IMG/VR virus record: IMGVR_UViG_3300028197_000982
Location: 1-64,000 of that record
Direction: 5' to 3' (one strand)
Source of the DNA: a virus
DNA length: 64,000 bases
The notes beneath the pieces were generated by a model. The model did not search any database, had not been told where the DNA came from, and saw nothing but the letters and a program-made list of their open reading frames with translations. Every line of letters begins with the position of its first letter. Position 1 is the first letter of the stretch. This document shows, in pieces, positions 38,154 to 48,169 of this stretch. The position numbers and the translations under genes are program-made.

Positions 38154-41100
38154 ATGTCTAAAAATCTCTTTGATAAAGCATCATATAGTATAGCCAGAAC
38201 TAATCCTAAGCTAACAGGTAATGTTAAACTTATTAGTGACGGTACTGACTTATACTTAGAATCATTTAGTGCAAACACCGAACTCTCATCATCTGCATTT
38301 AAAGCATTTAAGATAAGCGGTAAAGATACGTATGATCGAGATGTATGGAAATTTTTTCAAGGTGGTAGATTTCCTGCTAATTTAGGTTATGAAGTATTTC
38401 AAGAATTCCAAGACATATCAGTATTATCACAATACCAGAATCAATATGAAATGTTCTATTCTGCAGGTACACGGTCCGTATCGTCTAACGCATATTCCGA
38501 TGATCTTGGTCTCCTTGCTCCAATTTGGTTAAATGAACAAATACCAGAAAACTTTGTAATATTTAGAATAGATAACCCAGCTGCTGTAAATAATATAAAT
38601 GAAACTTTACAAAATGCAAATTATTTAGACGCACAAACATCCTCAAAATTTACAGAAAATGTTTTGCAAAATTGCACGGCAATTAAAACCTTTGATTTAT
38701 CATCTAATAGTTTGCTTGGATCATATCTTAGAAATTATAGATTACAAGAATCTTTTCCTAAGTCACCTCTTAACATTTCATGGAGAAAAGATGAACCTAT
38801 ACAATGGGCAGGTATAAACTATACCAAGGGTGGGTTTACGCAATCAGGTAGTTTTTCATATGATGGTTTAGTTACACAAGATACTACAATAATAAATAAT
38901 GAATACTTTTTTACTGAAGGGTTTGAGAGAAATAAGGTATTATTAGCAAACCTTATTAATATGGAATTTTTATTTACTGATGTTAATGCTAATGATTATT
39001 CAATAAACAGATATTTTGGTTTATATGTTAATGAAATAGAAGAAGGAAAGTTTGATATATCAGGAGAAGGTTTTTATAAAAATACTGAGAAAACCCAATT
39101 ACCTAAAATTAAAACAATAACTGAGGTTTCTGATTTACTGAATACTCCATTTGAAATGACAAATTCCGCAGGGGTACTACTTTTTCTAGACCCTACCAAA
39201 ACAACCACAGTAACAGGTTTACCTACACCAAATAGAGTTAATGAAGTTGAATCTATTTTTTACGCAAAAGATAAAGATAACAATTACCATACAATTAAGA
39301 AGGGTTCCAATTGGGGAGAAAATCAAATAAGATTATTTGACACAAAACTAGATGTATCTAAGTTTGCAGGGTTTCAACAACCTGACACTTTTGCAAATGC
39401 TACTATTTTACAACAAAAAGGTAAAGCTACTAGTAGTTTTAAAATATTAGATGAATTAGTAGACGGTTTTAAAATTACATTTTATGATGGTGTTGATTTA
39501 GTAGGAGAGATCGCAGCCAGTACTGCTGAGTCACCTATACCAGGTAATAATAAAATGCAATTTTTTAATCCTAGTGGTACACCACAAGAAATTGCCCAAG
39601 CGATTACTTTAGCCATTAATCAAGGAATTTCACCAGAGAAAAGATTCTTTGTGGCATCTTATAACGATGATACCATATATGTTCAGTCTAGGTTTGGTGG
39701 TAGCAGATTTAATAGGTTAAGTTTTGAAATTGATTTTATCCAATACCCATTGATGATAAATTCCATATCATCATATCCAATTACATCAGAGGTTGAAACC
39801 AGTAAAAACTTCGTAGGAGGTAATGATGTTAATGGTGCTTTACTAAAAGTTGCTAATGGTGACCAGGATAGGTTTATTAAGGGCGATTTTATACAGTCTA
39901 AAAGTGGCTTTGCTGAAATAGGTGATTGGGTGCCATATCTAAATAGTCCTATTATAAATGATAGAAATAAACAAATAGGATATAATGAAGTAGATGAGTA
40001 TGTTATAATAACTTTAGATGATGACCAGATAAATGTTACTAGGAGTGGTCAAGTTGCTTTATATTCAGATTACCGATCTTCGTTTGGTAGATTTTCATTT
40101 TTCCCAGTAAGAGATTTTGATTATGATTTTTATAGTAAGATGTATAGTCAAATGGGCGAATTAAATTATGAGTATACTCACTATAATCAAAAAGACGCGC
40201 TAGGAGCATATGAAGGAATTAGTACTAACCCAGAAATAAGAGAATTTTACGATAACGGTGGATTTACCACTTTAATAGGCTTGCTTAAAAACGCGGACCC
40301 TGATGTTAATGTTGAATCTATTATTAAATGTGAATATGATAGACTTGAGGAAAATTATATAAAACAACAAGCAGTAGCATCTAGGGTAATACCTTATATA
40401 AATAAATGGTCATGGTTAAACGATGGTAAGAATGTTAGAAATGTACCTTATAATTTAAATTTAAGCGAGGCATTTAGCCAAAACAATTTTGCACCTTCTA
40501 AATATTCAGTAGGACAGGTTCCGTTAGGGTTTACTCATGAGTGGTATTACTTATGTGAATTTCCTTTCTATTTTAATAATGATGCTATCTTAAATTCATG
40601 GAGTTATGTAGATGCTGCCCCAGTTGATACTAAAGAAGAAAACCCTTTAACCGGACAAGCGTATACACCAGGAACATTCCAAAAGGTTGATAAAGATTAT
40701 TTTAATGATTATTTTATTATAGATAAGTTTACTGCTGGTGGTAATATTAATCTTATAGATAGACAATTAAGATATGGTAGATTTAGTGGTGGTGATGAAA
40801 AGAATTTTGCGGAAACATTTTTGAGAGGGGTTAGAATAATTGCAAAACCTAAAGCAAACCCACTTGATAAACCTAATTTTAATGCGAGATCGTTAAAATA
40901 TATTAATGATGGAAGATTTAATGAGTATAGATTTTCAGTAATGTTAATACCTAATGCAGATGAAAAACCTGAAACACAAATTAAATTTGTAAAGAATGAA
41001 AAATGGAAGACTGTTGTAATGATGGTATTTTTAACTTTAGATAATGAATGTATAAATGCTGGAAAGCAAGAAATAGATAGAACTTCCCTTTATTCATTAG

Positions 41101-42767
41101 AAAGTGATTATAAAGTAGGATTACCAGGTAGTGCTGGAGAATGCGAACCTAAAATAGACCCCTCAACCGGAGGTTATTTTTATTTAAATGGAGATGTGGA
41201 TGGTGCATTAAACTTAACAGCAACCTCATTTGACATACAGGCAAATGCATACTTAGTACAAGGTGTACCAAACATTAATGGAATACAGCCTAGATTTTTA
41301 AGGGATATTACTATTGGGGCTGGTGGTCAATTTAATGATATTGAGTTTGTAATTAACGGGGATGTTTATAAGTGTGAAGGGATATCTAGAGTAGTCTCAG
41401 ATTCTCAGTTTTATTCAGCGGTAATTACAAAGAACGGTGCTTCATTTGTACCAGGAGGATTAACTCCATCCTCGTCTGATTTATTAAATGCTACTTATGT
41501 TACTGTGAATGGTGGATTTAATGCATACTCTGCACGACTAAGGGATGTAGGTTTTGCTACCATATTTAAAAATGTTAACAAAGGTAATCCTAATATTATA
41601 TATGAAACTATTGACAAAGATGGGAATAGGTTATTAGATGATACTGGTAATTTATTACAGACGTTTGTAATTGAATTAAGAGCACAGGCGGATATTTTAA
41701 AATCTGTATATGTTGGAGTCTTGCCTGATCCTTCTAAGCCTACTGTATTTAACCTTACTGATATTATTGGGTATGATTTATCTTTACAGAAAAAACCTAG
41801 AATAACACCAATAGGTAGGCATGCTGGATATTATCAACCAACTTCATTAAATTTATTTTCATTTAGAGACCCTTATTTAGACTTGGATTTTAATAGCGGT
41901 ACACCAATATCTGACGAGGCATATAAATTAAAAGTATTAGAATTATGTAGATATGCTAATACTCAATTTAATAGCAAGGATGTTGAAAATTTTGGACAGA
42001 TCAAAAATTTATTTTATCATAAAGTAAATGAAGAAGATCCTTCTACTGTATTAGAGCTATCTAGAGATAGTGCATATCTTAGTGTTTATCCACTAATTAA
42101 TGAAGTAGGAATACAAAGTAGAGATTTTTATATGTTTTCTTCTAATTGGGAACCTGCTTATTTTAGAAAAAGTATAGATAAATCTCAAATAGAATCCATT
42201 ATAGGTACTAAGGCTATGACAGAGCGAAAGTCTTTTTATGGATCTAAATACTTAAAGGTACCACAAGAAATAAAATTAGAAACTTTTGTTCATTCACCTT
42301 TTATACGTGATGCAATAAAACAACCTAGTTTAATAGATGGTACATTTATGACAGAGGAAAACAAAACTTCAATCGTCTTTTATAATTTTATTCAAAAGAG
42401 ATTAGTTGAATTTCTTTTTAATCCTATTAAAGAACAATTTATAAATTATATAAAAGACGCTTTTAGCTTTGGTGATATTACAACTATAGATGATGACGTA
42501 GAACGATACATAACTCAAAATATTTTACAGCTTTATAAAATATCTAATGTTAATTTTTATGTAAAGTCTACGAGACAAAAACAACCGTTAGATTATTCTA
42601 CAGCAGAATTAACTGATGCAGAAAAAATATCTGATGGTTTAAGTATAAATACTTCAATAGGATCAAAGCTCTTAAATACTAATCCATTTGATTTAAAGCT
42701 AATATATAACAAAAGGAAAGGTTTTACTGAGGCGTTTGGTTTTAGTATTACTATAGTTAAAAAATAA
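38154..42767 (+). CDS. Large virion structural protein
   Basis: 1537 aa, within the structural cluster, after a late motif. Confidence 0.65.
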   Translation: MSKNLFDKASYSIARTNPKLTGNVKLISDGTDLYLESFSANTELSSSAFKAFKISGKDTYDRDVWKFFQGGRFPANLGYEVFQEFQDISVLSQYQNQYEMFYSAGTRSVSSNAYSDDLGLLAPIWLNEQIPENFVIFRIDNPAAVNNINETLQNANYLDAQTSSKFTENVLQNCTAIKTFDLSSNSLLGSYLRNYRLQESFPKSPLNISWRKDEPIQWAGINYTKGGFTQSGSFSYDGLVTQDTTIINNEYFFTEGFERNKVLLANLINMEFLFTDVNANDYSINRYFGLYVNEIEEGKFDISGEGFYKNTEKTQLPKIKTITEVSDLLNTPFEMTNSAGVLLFLDPTKTTTVTGLPTPNRVNEVESIFYAKDKDNNYHTIKKGSNWGENQIRLFDTKLDVSKFAGFQQPDTFANATILQQKGKATSSFKILDELVDGFKITFYDGVDLVGEIAASTAESPIPGNNKMQFFNPSGTPQEIAQAITLAINQGISPEKRFFVASYNDDTIYVQSRFGGSRFNRLSFEIDFIQYPLMINSISSYPITSEVETSKNFVGGNDVNGALLKVANGDQDRFIKGDFIQSKSGFAEIGDWVPYLNSPIINDRNKQIGYNEVDEYVIITLDDDQINVTRSGQVALYSDYRSSFGRFSFFPVRDFDYDFYSKMYSQMGELNYEYTHYNQKDALGAYEGISTNPEIREFYDNGGFTTLIGLLKNADPDVNVESIIKCEYDRLEENYIKQQAVASRVIPYINKWSWLNDGKNVRNVPYNLNLSEAFSQNNFAPSKYSVGQVPLGFTHEWYYLCEFPFYFNNDAILNSWSYVDAAPVDTKEENPLTGQAYTPGTFQKVDKDYFNDYFIIDKFTAGGNINLIDRQLRYGRFSGGDEKNFAETFLRGVRIIAKPKANPLDKPNFNARSLKYINDGRFNEYRFSVMLIPNADEKPETQIKFVKNEKWKTVVMMVFLTLDNECINAGKQEIDRTSLYSLESDYKVGLPGSAGECEPKIDPSTGGYFYLNGDVDGALNLTATSFDIQANAYLVQGVPNINGIQPRFLRDITIGAGGQFNDIEFVINGDVYKCEGISRVVSDSQFYSAVITKNGASFVPGGLTPSSSDLLNATYVTVNGGFNAYSARLRDVGFATIFKNVNKGNPNIIYETIDKDGNRLLDDTGNLLQTFVIELRAQADILKSVYVGVLPDPSKPTVFNLTDIIGYDLSLQKKPRITPIGRHAGYYQPTSLNLFSFRDPYLDLDFNSGTPISDEAYKLKVLELCRYANTQFNSKDVENFGQIKNLFYHKVNEEDPSTVLELSRDSAYLSVYPLINEVGIQSRDFYMFSSNWEPAYFRKSIDKSQIESIIGTKAMTERKSFYGSKYLKVPQEIKLETFVHSPFIRDAIKQPSLIDGTFMTEENKTSIVFYNFIQKRLVEFLFNPIKEQFINYIKDAFSFGDITTIDDDVERYITQNILQLYKISNVNFYVKSTRQKQPLDYSTAELTDAEKISDGLSINTSIGSKLLNTNPFDLKLIYNKRKGFTEAFGFSITIVKK

Positions 42768-42776
42768 GAATTAGAA

Positions 42777-45743
42777 ATGGCAATCACCATACAAGATTTA
42801 CTTTCTTCAGATACAGTTTCACAGGCAGTTGATAAAATTAATTTTAATTTTGATCAATTATTACTGAATGGTGGAGGGCCTGTTGGACCACTTGGACCAG
42901 CCGGACCAGCCGGGCCAATAGGTGGTAGAGGAGAAAGAGGAACAGAATGGTACGAAGGTACTGATCTCCCAACCGTAACCCCACCAACAGCAACACCATT
43001 AAAGGCAGATTATTATCTGCAATCAAATGGAGATGTTTGGGAATACAGTGGATTAACTTGGGGTAATACTGGAATTAATCTAACTGGACCACAAGGACCA
43101 ACAGGAGCATCAATAGGGTGGTCTCAGTTTGGTAATAGTCCTAACCCAGGCTCTGCTGGTACTGATAATTATGATCTTACTGCAAAAAATCTTTCTTACC
43201 CAGCATTAATACCTAGCGGCTCTAATACGGTTAGTACAAACAACCAAGGTGTCCCTGCAACAGCATTCGGTATAGCAGGACCTAATGACAATGACTATCC
43301 TGGTGTACCGTTAACTTCAGCATTTCAGTTATCAACAACAATGGCAGGTCAATTAGACTCATCAAAAGTAACTATGCTAGTTCATCAAAAAGATACTGGC
43401 GTTAGAGCTATGTCATTTATGGGTGGTGGTGCTATTGCTGGAGAAAACTTTGAACAGAATGATTTAACAAACCTATCTACTATATTTTTAAGTAAAGATG
43501 ATAGATTAAATATTGCTATACCTAAAGCACCTGTGTTAGGTTCTACTGCAGATGAAAGAATTGGTTTTAGTATTGATGCAGGCTTTAGAGGTCAATCATT
43601 TAGGGCAGGTAATGGATTTACATTTACAACAGGTACTAAAAGTAATACTTCTTTTCCAGGTGATACATCTGATGTATCCTATATTTTAAACTCATTAACA
43701 GGAGCCGGTGAAAATGCTAAGTTTAATGTTAAAACAATAGGAACTGCTGGTTCTAACGATTTTACTATTGGAGAATTTCCATCTACTTCACCTTCACCAA
43801 GTAATGTGTATACTGGTGGAATGGTTTCTTTAACTAATAGATTTGGAGTTTACGCAGGTTCTCAAATAACTTTGGAAACTGCAGCATCTGGTGAGATTAC
43901 ATTAGTAGGCGTGAACAATACCTTAACTGTATCTGATACTTTTATAAATTTATCAGCGTCTGGAAATTCACCAATAAATATTACCTCTGTTTCTGGAAAT
44001 ATTACATGCGATGCAAATTCTGGTGAATTTAGAGGATATAGTGATGTAAAGGCAGAGCTTAAGTCAGGTACTAATCAAATTGCAGCAGAAGGCCCTGGTG
44101 GTGATATTAAACTTAGCGCACAAGAAGCTAATTCTGATATAACTTTAACAGCAGCACAAGGTATCGGAGGGCAAATAAGACTACTATCCGCAGATTCAAT
44201 TAGATTAAATGGATCAGGTGCAACGGACCCTTATATTGTTTTAGATTATACGAACTCTAACACAAATCATAGATTTATTCAGTATAAAGGTAGACAAGCA
44301 TGGGGTGATGCCGGTGTAGGATTTACTGGTACAATACCAGAGGATCAGTGGATTTATTTTGCTCCACCAGTAAATACTAATGAAACTATTCAACGATTTG
44401 GTAATGGTAATGGAGGACAACCTAACGGTACAATGTGGCAAGTTTATAATGGTGGTGCTGCTAGTGGAGAAAGTATTGCAATAGGTAGGCCTGATTATCC
44501 AACTGGGAATTCATCCAATTATGCCGGTATATTTGTTAATAGTGATGATAATGTACCACAACAAGTGGACAACGGTACTACTTCGGGCGGTGCAGCATCT
44601 TCAGATTATAATTCAGCTGAACAGTTTAGAGTAGATAAACAGAAAACTAAAATAAGTAATAAATTAATTTGGGGTGGACAAAATGGAATTGATACTAATT
44701 ATTATGATCCTTATCTAACCTTCGCGCCAAATCCAGATATAACTTGTTTTACACCTTACTATAGACTTGTTGTTGGTAGGTTTACACCAGTTACTACATC
44801 AAATATATCTGCACTACCAGCTTCACCTATCATATATAATTTAACCTTTAATCTTCAATTTAACACCGCTCTTGAGACTGTTGGACAAAGAGTATTAGTT
44901 GAAGTAGTAAATGTACCTAGTAAATTTGTGCTTACTACAGGTTCATGTTTTATTGCAGGTACTAGTATTAGTTTAGGTAATGGTGATTATAAAAATATTG
45001 AAGATGTTAGCCAAGGTGAAACGGTTATAACCTATAATGAAACTACAGGATTAAATGAAACTGGTATAGTAGGATCAATCACAGAGCACCAAGCCTCTTC
45101 TGTTATTAAGTTATTATTTGTAGATGGAACTAGTATTACTACAACACCAGAACACCCATTCTTTATAGAAGGTCAATGGGTTAAGGCTGGTGAATTACAT
45201 GTTGGAAATAATACTCATAAACTTGACGGTAGTAAATTAGCAATATCTGAAATTGAATTAATAGAAGAACCTCATACAGTATATAACTTATTAGATGTAG
45301 GCAATAACCATAACTTCTATGCAAATGAAACATTAGTACATAATAAAGGTGGTGGGACTCCACAATCAACAGTAAGACAGAGATATGGGAATATAACACT
45401 GAAGTATTGCCCATGGGGGGTTAATGGTACCGGAACTGCTGGATCGGGATTCTTTTCGACTGTAACTGCTGGTATAGTAAGTGCGTCAGAGGTTACAGCA
45501 AGTAGTAGTGGAGGTGGTTATGACGTGGTTGGAACTTGTAAGATATTTGAATTTGTATATGTTGGTCAATCAAATACATTTTATAATTCTAATGCTACTG
45601 ATACTGGAAATGAAGCTAAAATAGTAACGTCAGGTTGGCGATTCATAGGAGCCACTGATTCTGCCTTTTTCACGGCGGGTGTTGTACCAGATTTGAATAT
45701 GACATTTAATAGTCTTACTACAGGCGGGAGTGAAGGCGGTTAA
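42777..45743 (+). CDS. Tail fibre / receptor-binding protein with Hint domain
   Basis: SDTVSQAVDKINFNF N-terminus, short collagen segment, beta-rich shaft, Hint domain at residues 724-856. Confidence 0.8.
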   Translation: MAITIQDLLSSDTVSQAVDKINFNFDQLLLNGGGPVGPLGPAGPAGPIGGRGERGTEWYEGTDLPTVTPPTATPLKADYYLQSNGDVWEYSGLTWGNTGINLTGPQGPTGASIGWSQFGNSPNPGSAGTDNYDLTAKNLSYPALIPSGSNTVSTNNQGVPATAFGIAGPNDNDYPGVPLTSAFQLSTTMAGQLDSSKVTMLVHQKDTGVRAMSFMGGGAIAGENFEQNDLTNLSTIFLSKDDRLNIAIPKAPVLGSTADERIGFSIDAGFRGQSFRAGNGFTFTTGTKSNTSFPGDTSDVSYILNSLTGAGENAKFNVKTIGTAGSNDFTIGEFPSTSPSPSNVYTGGMVSLTNRFGVYAGSQITLETAASGEITLVGVNNTLTVSDTFINLSASGNSPINITSVSGNITCDANSGEFRGYSDVKAELKSGTNQIAAEGPGGDIKLSAQEANSDITLTAAQGIGGQIRLLSADSIRLNGSGATDPYIVLDYTNSNTNHRFIQYKGRQAWGDAGVGFTGTIPEDQWIYFAPPVNTNETIQRFGNGNGGQPNGTMWQVYNGGAASGESIAIGRPDYPTGNSSNYAGIFVNSDDNVPQQVDNGTTSGGAASSDYNSAEQFRVDKQKTKISNKLIWGGQNGIDTNYYDPYLTFAPNPDITCFTPYYRLVVGRFTPVTTSNISALPASPIIYNLTFNLQFNTALETVGQRVLVEVVNVPSKFVLTTGSCFIAGTSISLGNGDYKNIEDVSQGETVITYNETTGLNETGIVGSITEHQASSVIKLLFVDGTSITTTPEHPFFIEGQWVKAGELHVGNNTHKLDGSKLAISEIELIEEPHTVYNLLDVGNNHNFYANETLVHNKGGGTPQSTVRQRYGNITLKYCPWGVNGTGTAGSGFFSTVTAGIVSASEVTASSSGGGYDVVGTCKIFEFVYVGQSNTFYNSNATDTGNEAKIVTSGWRFIGATDSAFFTAGVVPDLNMTFNSLTTGGSEGG
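44946..45344 (+). other. Hint (intein-like, BIL/PT-HINT-type) domain
   Basis: CFIAGTSI, KNIEDV..GE.V, TTTPEHPF (TxxH), W.KAGEL..G, VYNL, HNFYANETLVHN; the next residue is Lys. Confidence 0.9.
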
Positions 45744-45766
45744 TTAAATAATTAAATAAAAGTAAA

Positions 45767-46009
45767 ATGAATAAAAAAGAAAGAAAAGAATTATCTGTAT
45801 TTATAGACAGATATAAAGAAATTGAAACTTCTATAGAACTTATGCAGAAAAGTATTTTAAGTTTAGCAGAAAAAAGAGATGAGCTATTTGAAGAATTAGA
45901 TACTATGAAAAATAAAGAAAAAAAATTCATGGATGGTCTAATAAAAAAATATGGAGAGAGTAACGTAACACCTTATAAACTAAAAGAGATATACGAAGAA
46001 GGATTATGA
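45767..46009 (+). CDS. Small coiled-coil protein
   Basis: Heptads ending LIKKYGE; follows the fibre gene. Confidence 0.7.
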   Translation: MNKKERKELSVFIDRYKEIETSIELMQKSILSLAEKRDELFEELDTMKNKEKKFMDGLIKKYGESNVTPYKLKEIYEEGL

Positions 46010-46776
46010 TCATTTTAAAAAACATAATAGGAATATTAACTGATCCTAAAAACACGAGAATGTTTTTATTAGGTAGTATTGTAGTGTTATGTATTTTGCT
46101 ATTAAGACAATGTCAAGCAACAGGCGAAGCTAAAGGCGAAGCAAATAGAATAGATAATAATTGGAAAGCCTCATTAGATACAATAGAAAATTATATTGAT
46201 AAAAATGGTAATGCAGCTGCAGAGATAAGAGCATTAAATTTATCATTGGAGGAAATTGAAGATGAATTAGAATATGAAAAAGGGAAGCCACCATTAACAG
46301 TAATAAAAACAGAAACAGTTATTAAAGAAGTTATAGTAGAAGTTCCTGTTACTATTGTTGATACTATAATAGGTAATTTTAATTCAGCCTTAACACTATC
46401 AGACACTGCGTCATGGGGTAAAAGTTTTAGAAAAGTAGGTGTTTTTGTACCTTATGAAATTGATGGTACTTATATAGATTTTGGAGGAGCTACTATTGAC
46501 TTAAATCAAAATATATTTTTATCTGCTTCCTTAACAAGAGATAATAAAACAAAAGAATTATTTGTAAATCTTTCAACTGATTATCCTGGTACTACATTTA
46601 ATAGTGCTGAAGGTATATTAATTGATCAAAGAAGCAAAGCGTTTAAAGATTTGCAATATCAAAATAGAAAAACATTAGGCCTTGGATTACAACTAGGTGT
46701 AGGATTAAGCGGTAATGGTGTTTCACCATACGTAGGAATAGGCTTGAACTATACACCAAAGTTTTTACAATGGTAA
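46006..46776 (+). CDS. Putative spanin-like envelope protein
   Basis: N-terminal TM, coiled coil, C-terminal amphipathic hairpin LGLGLQLGVG...PYVGIGLNY. Confidence 0.5.
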   Translation: MIILKNIIGILTDPKNTRMFLLGSIVVLCILLLRQCQATGEAKGEANRIDNNWKASLDTIENYIDKNGNAAAEIRALNLSLEEIEDELEYEKGKPPLTVIKTETVIKEVIVEVPVTIVDTIIGNFNSALTLSDTASWGKSFRKVGVFVPYEIDGTYIDFGGATIDLNQNIFLSASLTRDNKTKELFVNLSTDYPGTTFNSAEGILIDQRSKAFKDLQYQNRKTLGLGLQLGVGLSGNGVSPYVGIGLNYTPKFLQW

Positions 46777-46789
46777 ATAAATAAAAAGA

Positions 46790-48169
46790 ATGGAATCATC
46801 TAAATTCATACAATTATCCGATGGGATTTTACTAGAGTATATTTATACTAGTCAGTCTAACCCAACGGAATTTAATACAGGTAATTATCCTATTGAGATA
46901 ATGAAGGATGGTCATACTGGTGGAAGTTACTTTTTTAATACTGAAAGTGTTTCAGTGGAGATGGGTAATTATCGTGATATATCAGTAGCTGCAATTAATA
47001 AAAACAAAACACAGTATGCGTATTTGGATACGGATATTGGCGTACCCTATAATGATTTTGATCCAGAATTAACTGATAGTGTAAATTTATTACAATCATT
47101 TAACCCACAGCAAAATATTGCATATGATAAAATAAGAGTTCATTTTGTTGCAGGATTTACATTTACAGGATATGATGGTATAATATTTGAAACATTAGTT
47201 CCTAGAAGAGATGGAGTAGAGCTTAATCTATCATCAATCAATTTTCTAAAAACCGATACACCTGTTTTTAATCCTGATCCTGTATTAATAAATGATAAGC
47301 TATATGCAACATATATAGAATGGAGAGTCCCTTCATTATTTTATATGAATAATTCTTTTAATACAGCAGACCCAAATGGAATAGGATATAGGTTAACTGA
47401 AGGACAAGGATTCTTAAGCACACCTACAATAACATTTAAAGCTACAGGTATATATGAGACAATAGTAGACAATGGTTATAGTTATTATAATGTAGAAGAA
47501 ATAAATGCAAATACTTTTGCGAGCAGGGATATCTATGATGAACTATATGCAGAAGTTAAGGAGTCGGATGGTGGCGATTATTTTGAATTAAGCGGACAAG
47601 TAACAGGATCTACCTTTGCTAATTTTATCGCGCAGTTAAATTCATCAGGTGGTGACTATGTAGTATTTCATGAAATAAATGTAAGTGAACAAATTAATAC
47701 TACGTTTGTAAAAACTAGTACTCAGGTATTTACACAAACTACTAATTTTGATAATCCTATACTATTTAGACCAATTATTTTAAATAGCGCAATCGCAGCT
47801 TCATTTTCAATTAACTATATGTTAAGACTTTATAACCGAGCTGATAATACACAAATAGTAAAGATTGCAAAACTAACTTCATTTGATGTTAATAAGTATG
47901 GTAGAAGATTAATGAAAATAAATTTAGGAGTTGTACCAACCGTTGCTAATGTATATAACCAAATAGCAGCAGATGACGGTAAAAATATAATTGTTAGCAA
48001 AGGTGTTAGTACATCAAAACCTGGAGAAACTTCTGATCAAATAGTAGAGCAATTGGTAGTAAAAACTAAATATGTTACTTCATTTAGAGATAGAATAAAT
48101 ATAAAAGCTGCAATTTCACCAGCTAAAATACAAACAATAACAGAAGAAGATGGCAGCACAACAGAATAA
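46790..48169 (+). CDS. Probable virion structural protein
   Basis: TAAATAAATA at 46774-46783; context. Confidence 0.6.
   Translation: MESSKFIQLSDGILLEYIYTSQSNPTEFNTGNYPIEIMKDGHTGGSYFFNTESVSVEMGNYRDISVAAINKNKTQYAYLDTDIGVPYNDFDPELTDSVNLLQSFNPQQNIAYDKIRVHFVAGFTFTGYDGIIFETLVPRRDGVELNLSSINFLKTDTPVFNPDPVLINDKLYATYIEWRVPSLFYMNNSFNTADPNGIGYRLTEGQGFLSTPTITFKATGIYETIVDNGYSYYNVEEINANTFASRDIYDELYAEVKESDGGDYFELSGQVTGSTFANFIAQLNSSGGDYVVFHEINVSEQINTTFVKTSTQVFTQTTNFDNPILFRPIILNSAIAASFSINYMLRLYNRADNTQIVKIAKLTSFDVNKYGRRLMKINLGVVPTVANVYNQIAADDGKNIIVSKGVSTSKPGETSDQIVEQLVVKTKYVTSFRDRINIKAAISPAKIQTITEEDGSTTE

Noticed and set aside
44946-45344. Canonical mobile intein with homing endonuclease
   Set aside because: Only 133 aa, no LAGLIDADG or HNH insert, and the +1 residue is Lys; treated as a BIL/PT-HINT-type domain.
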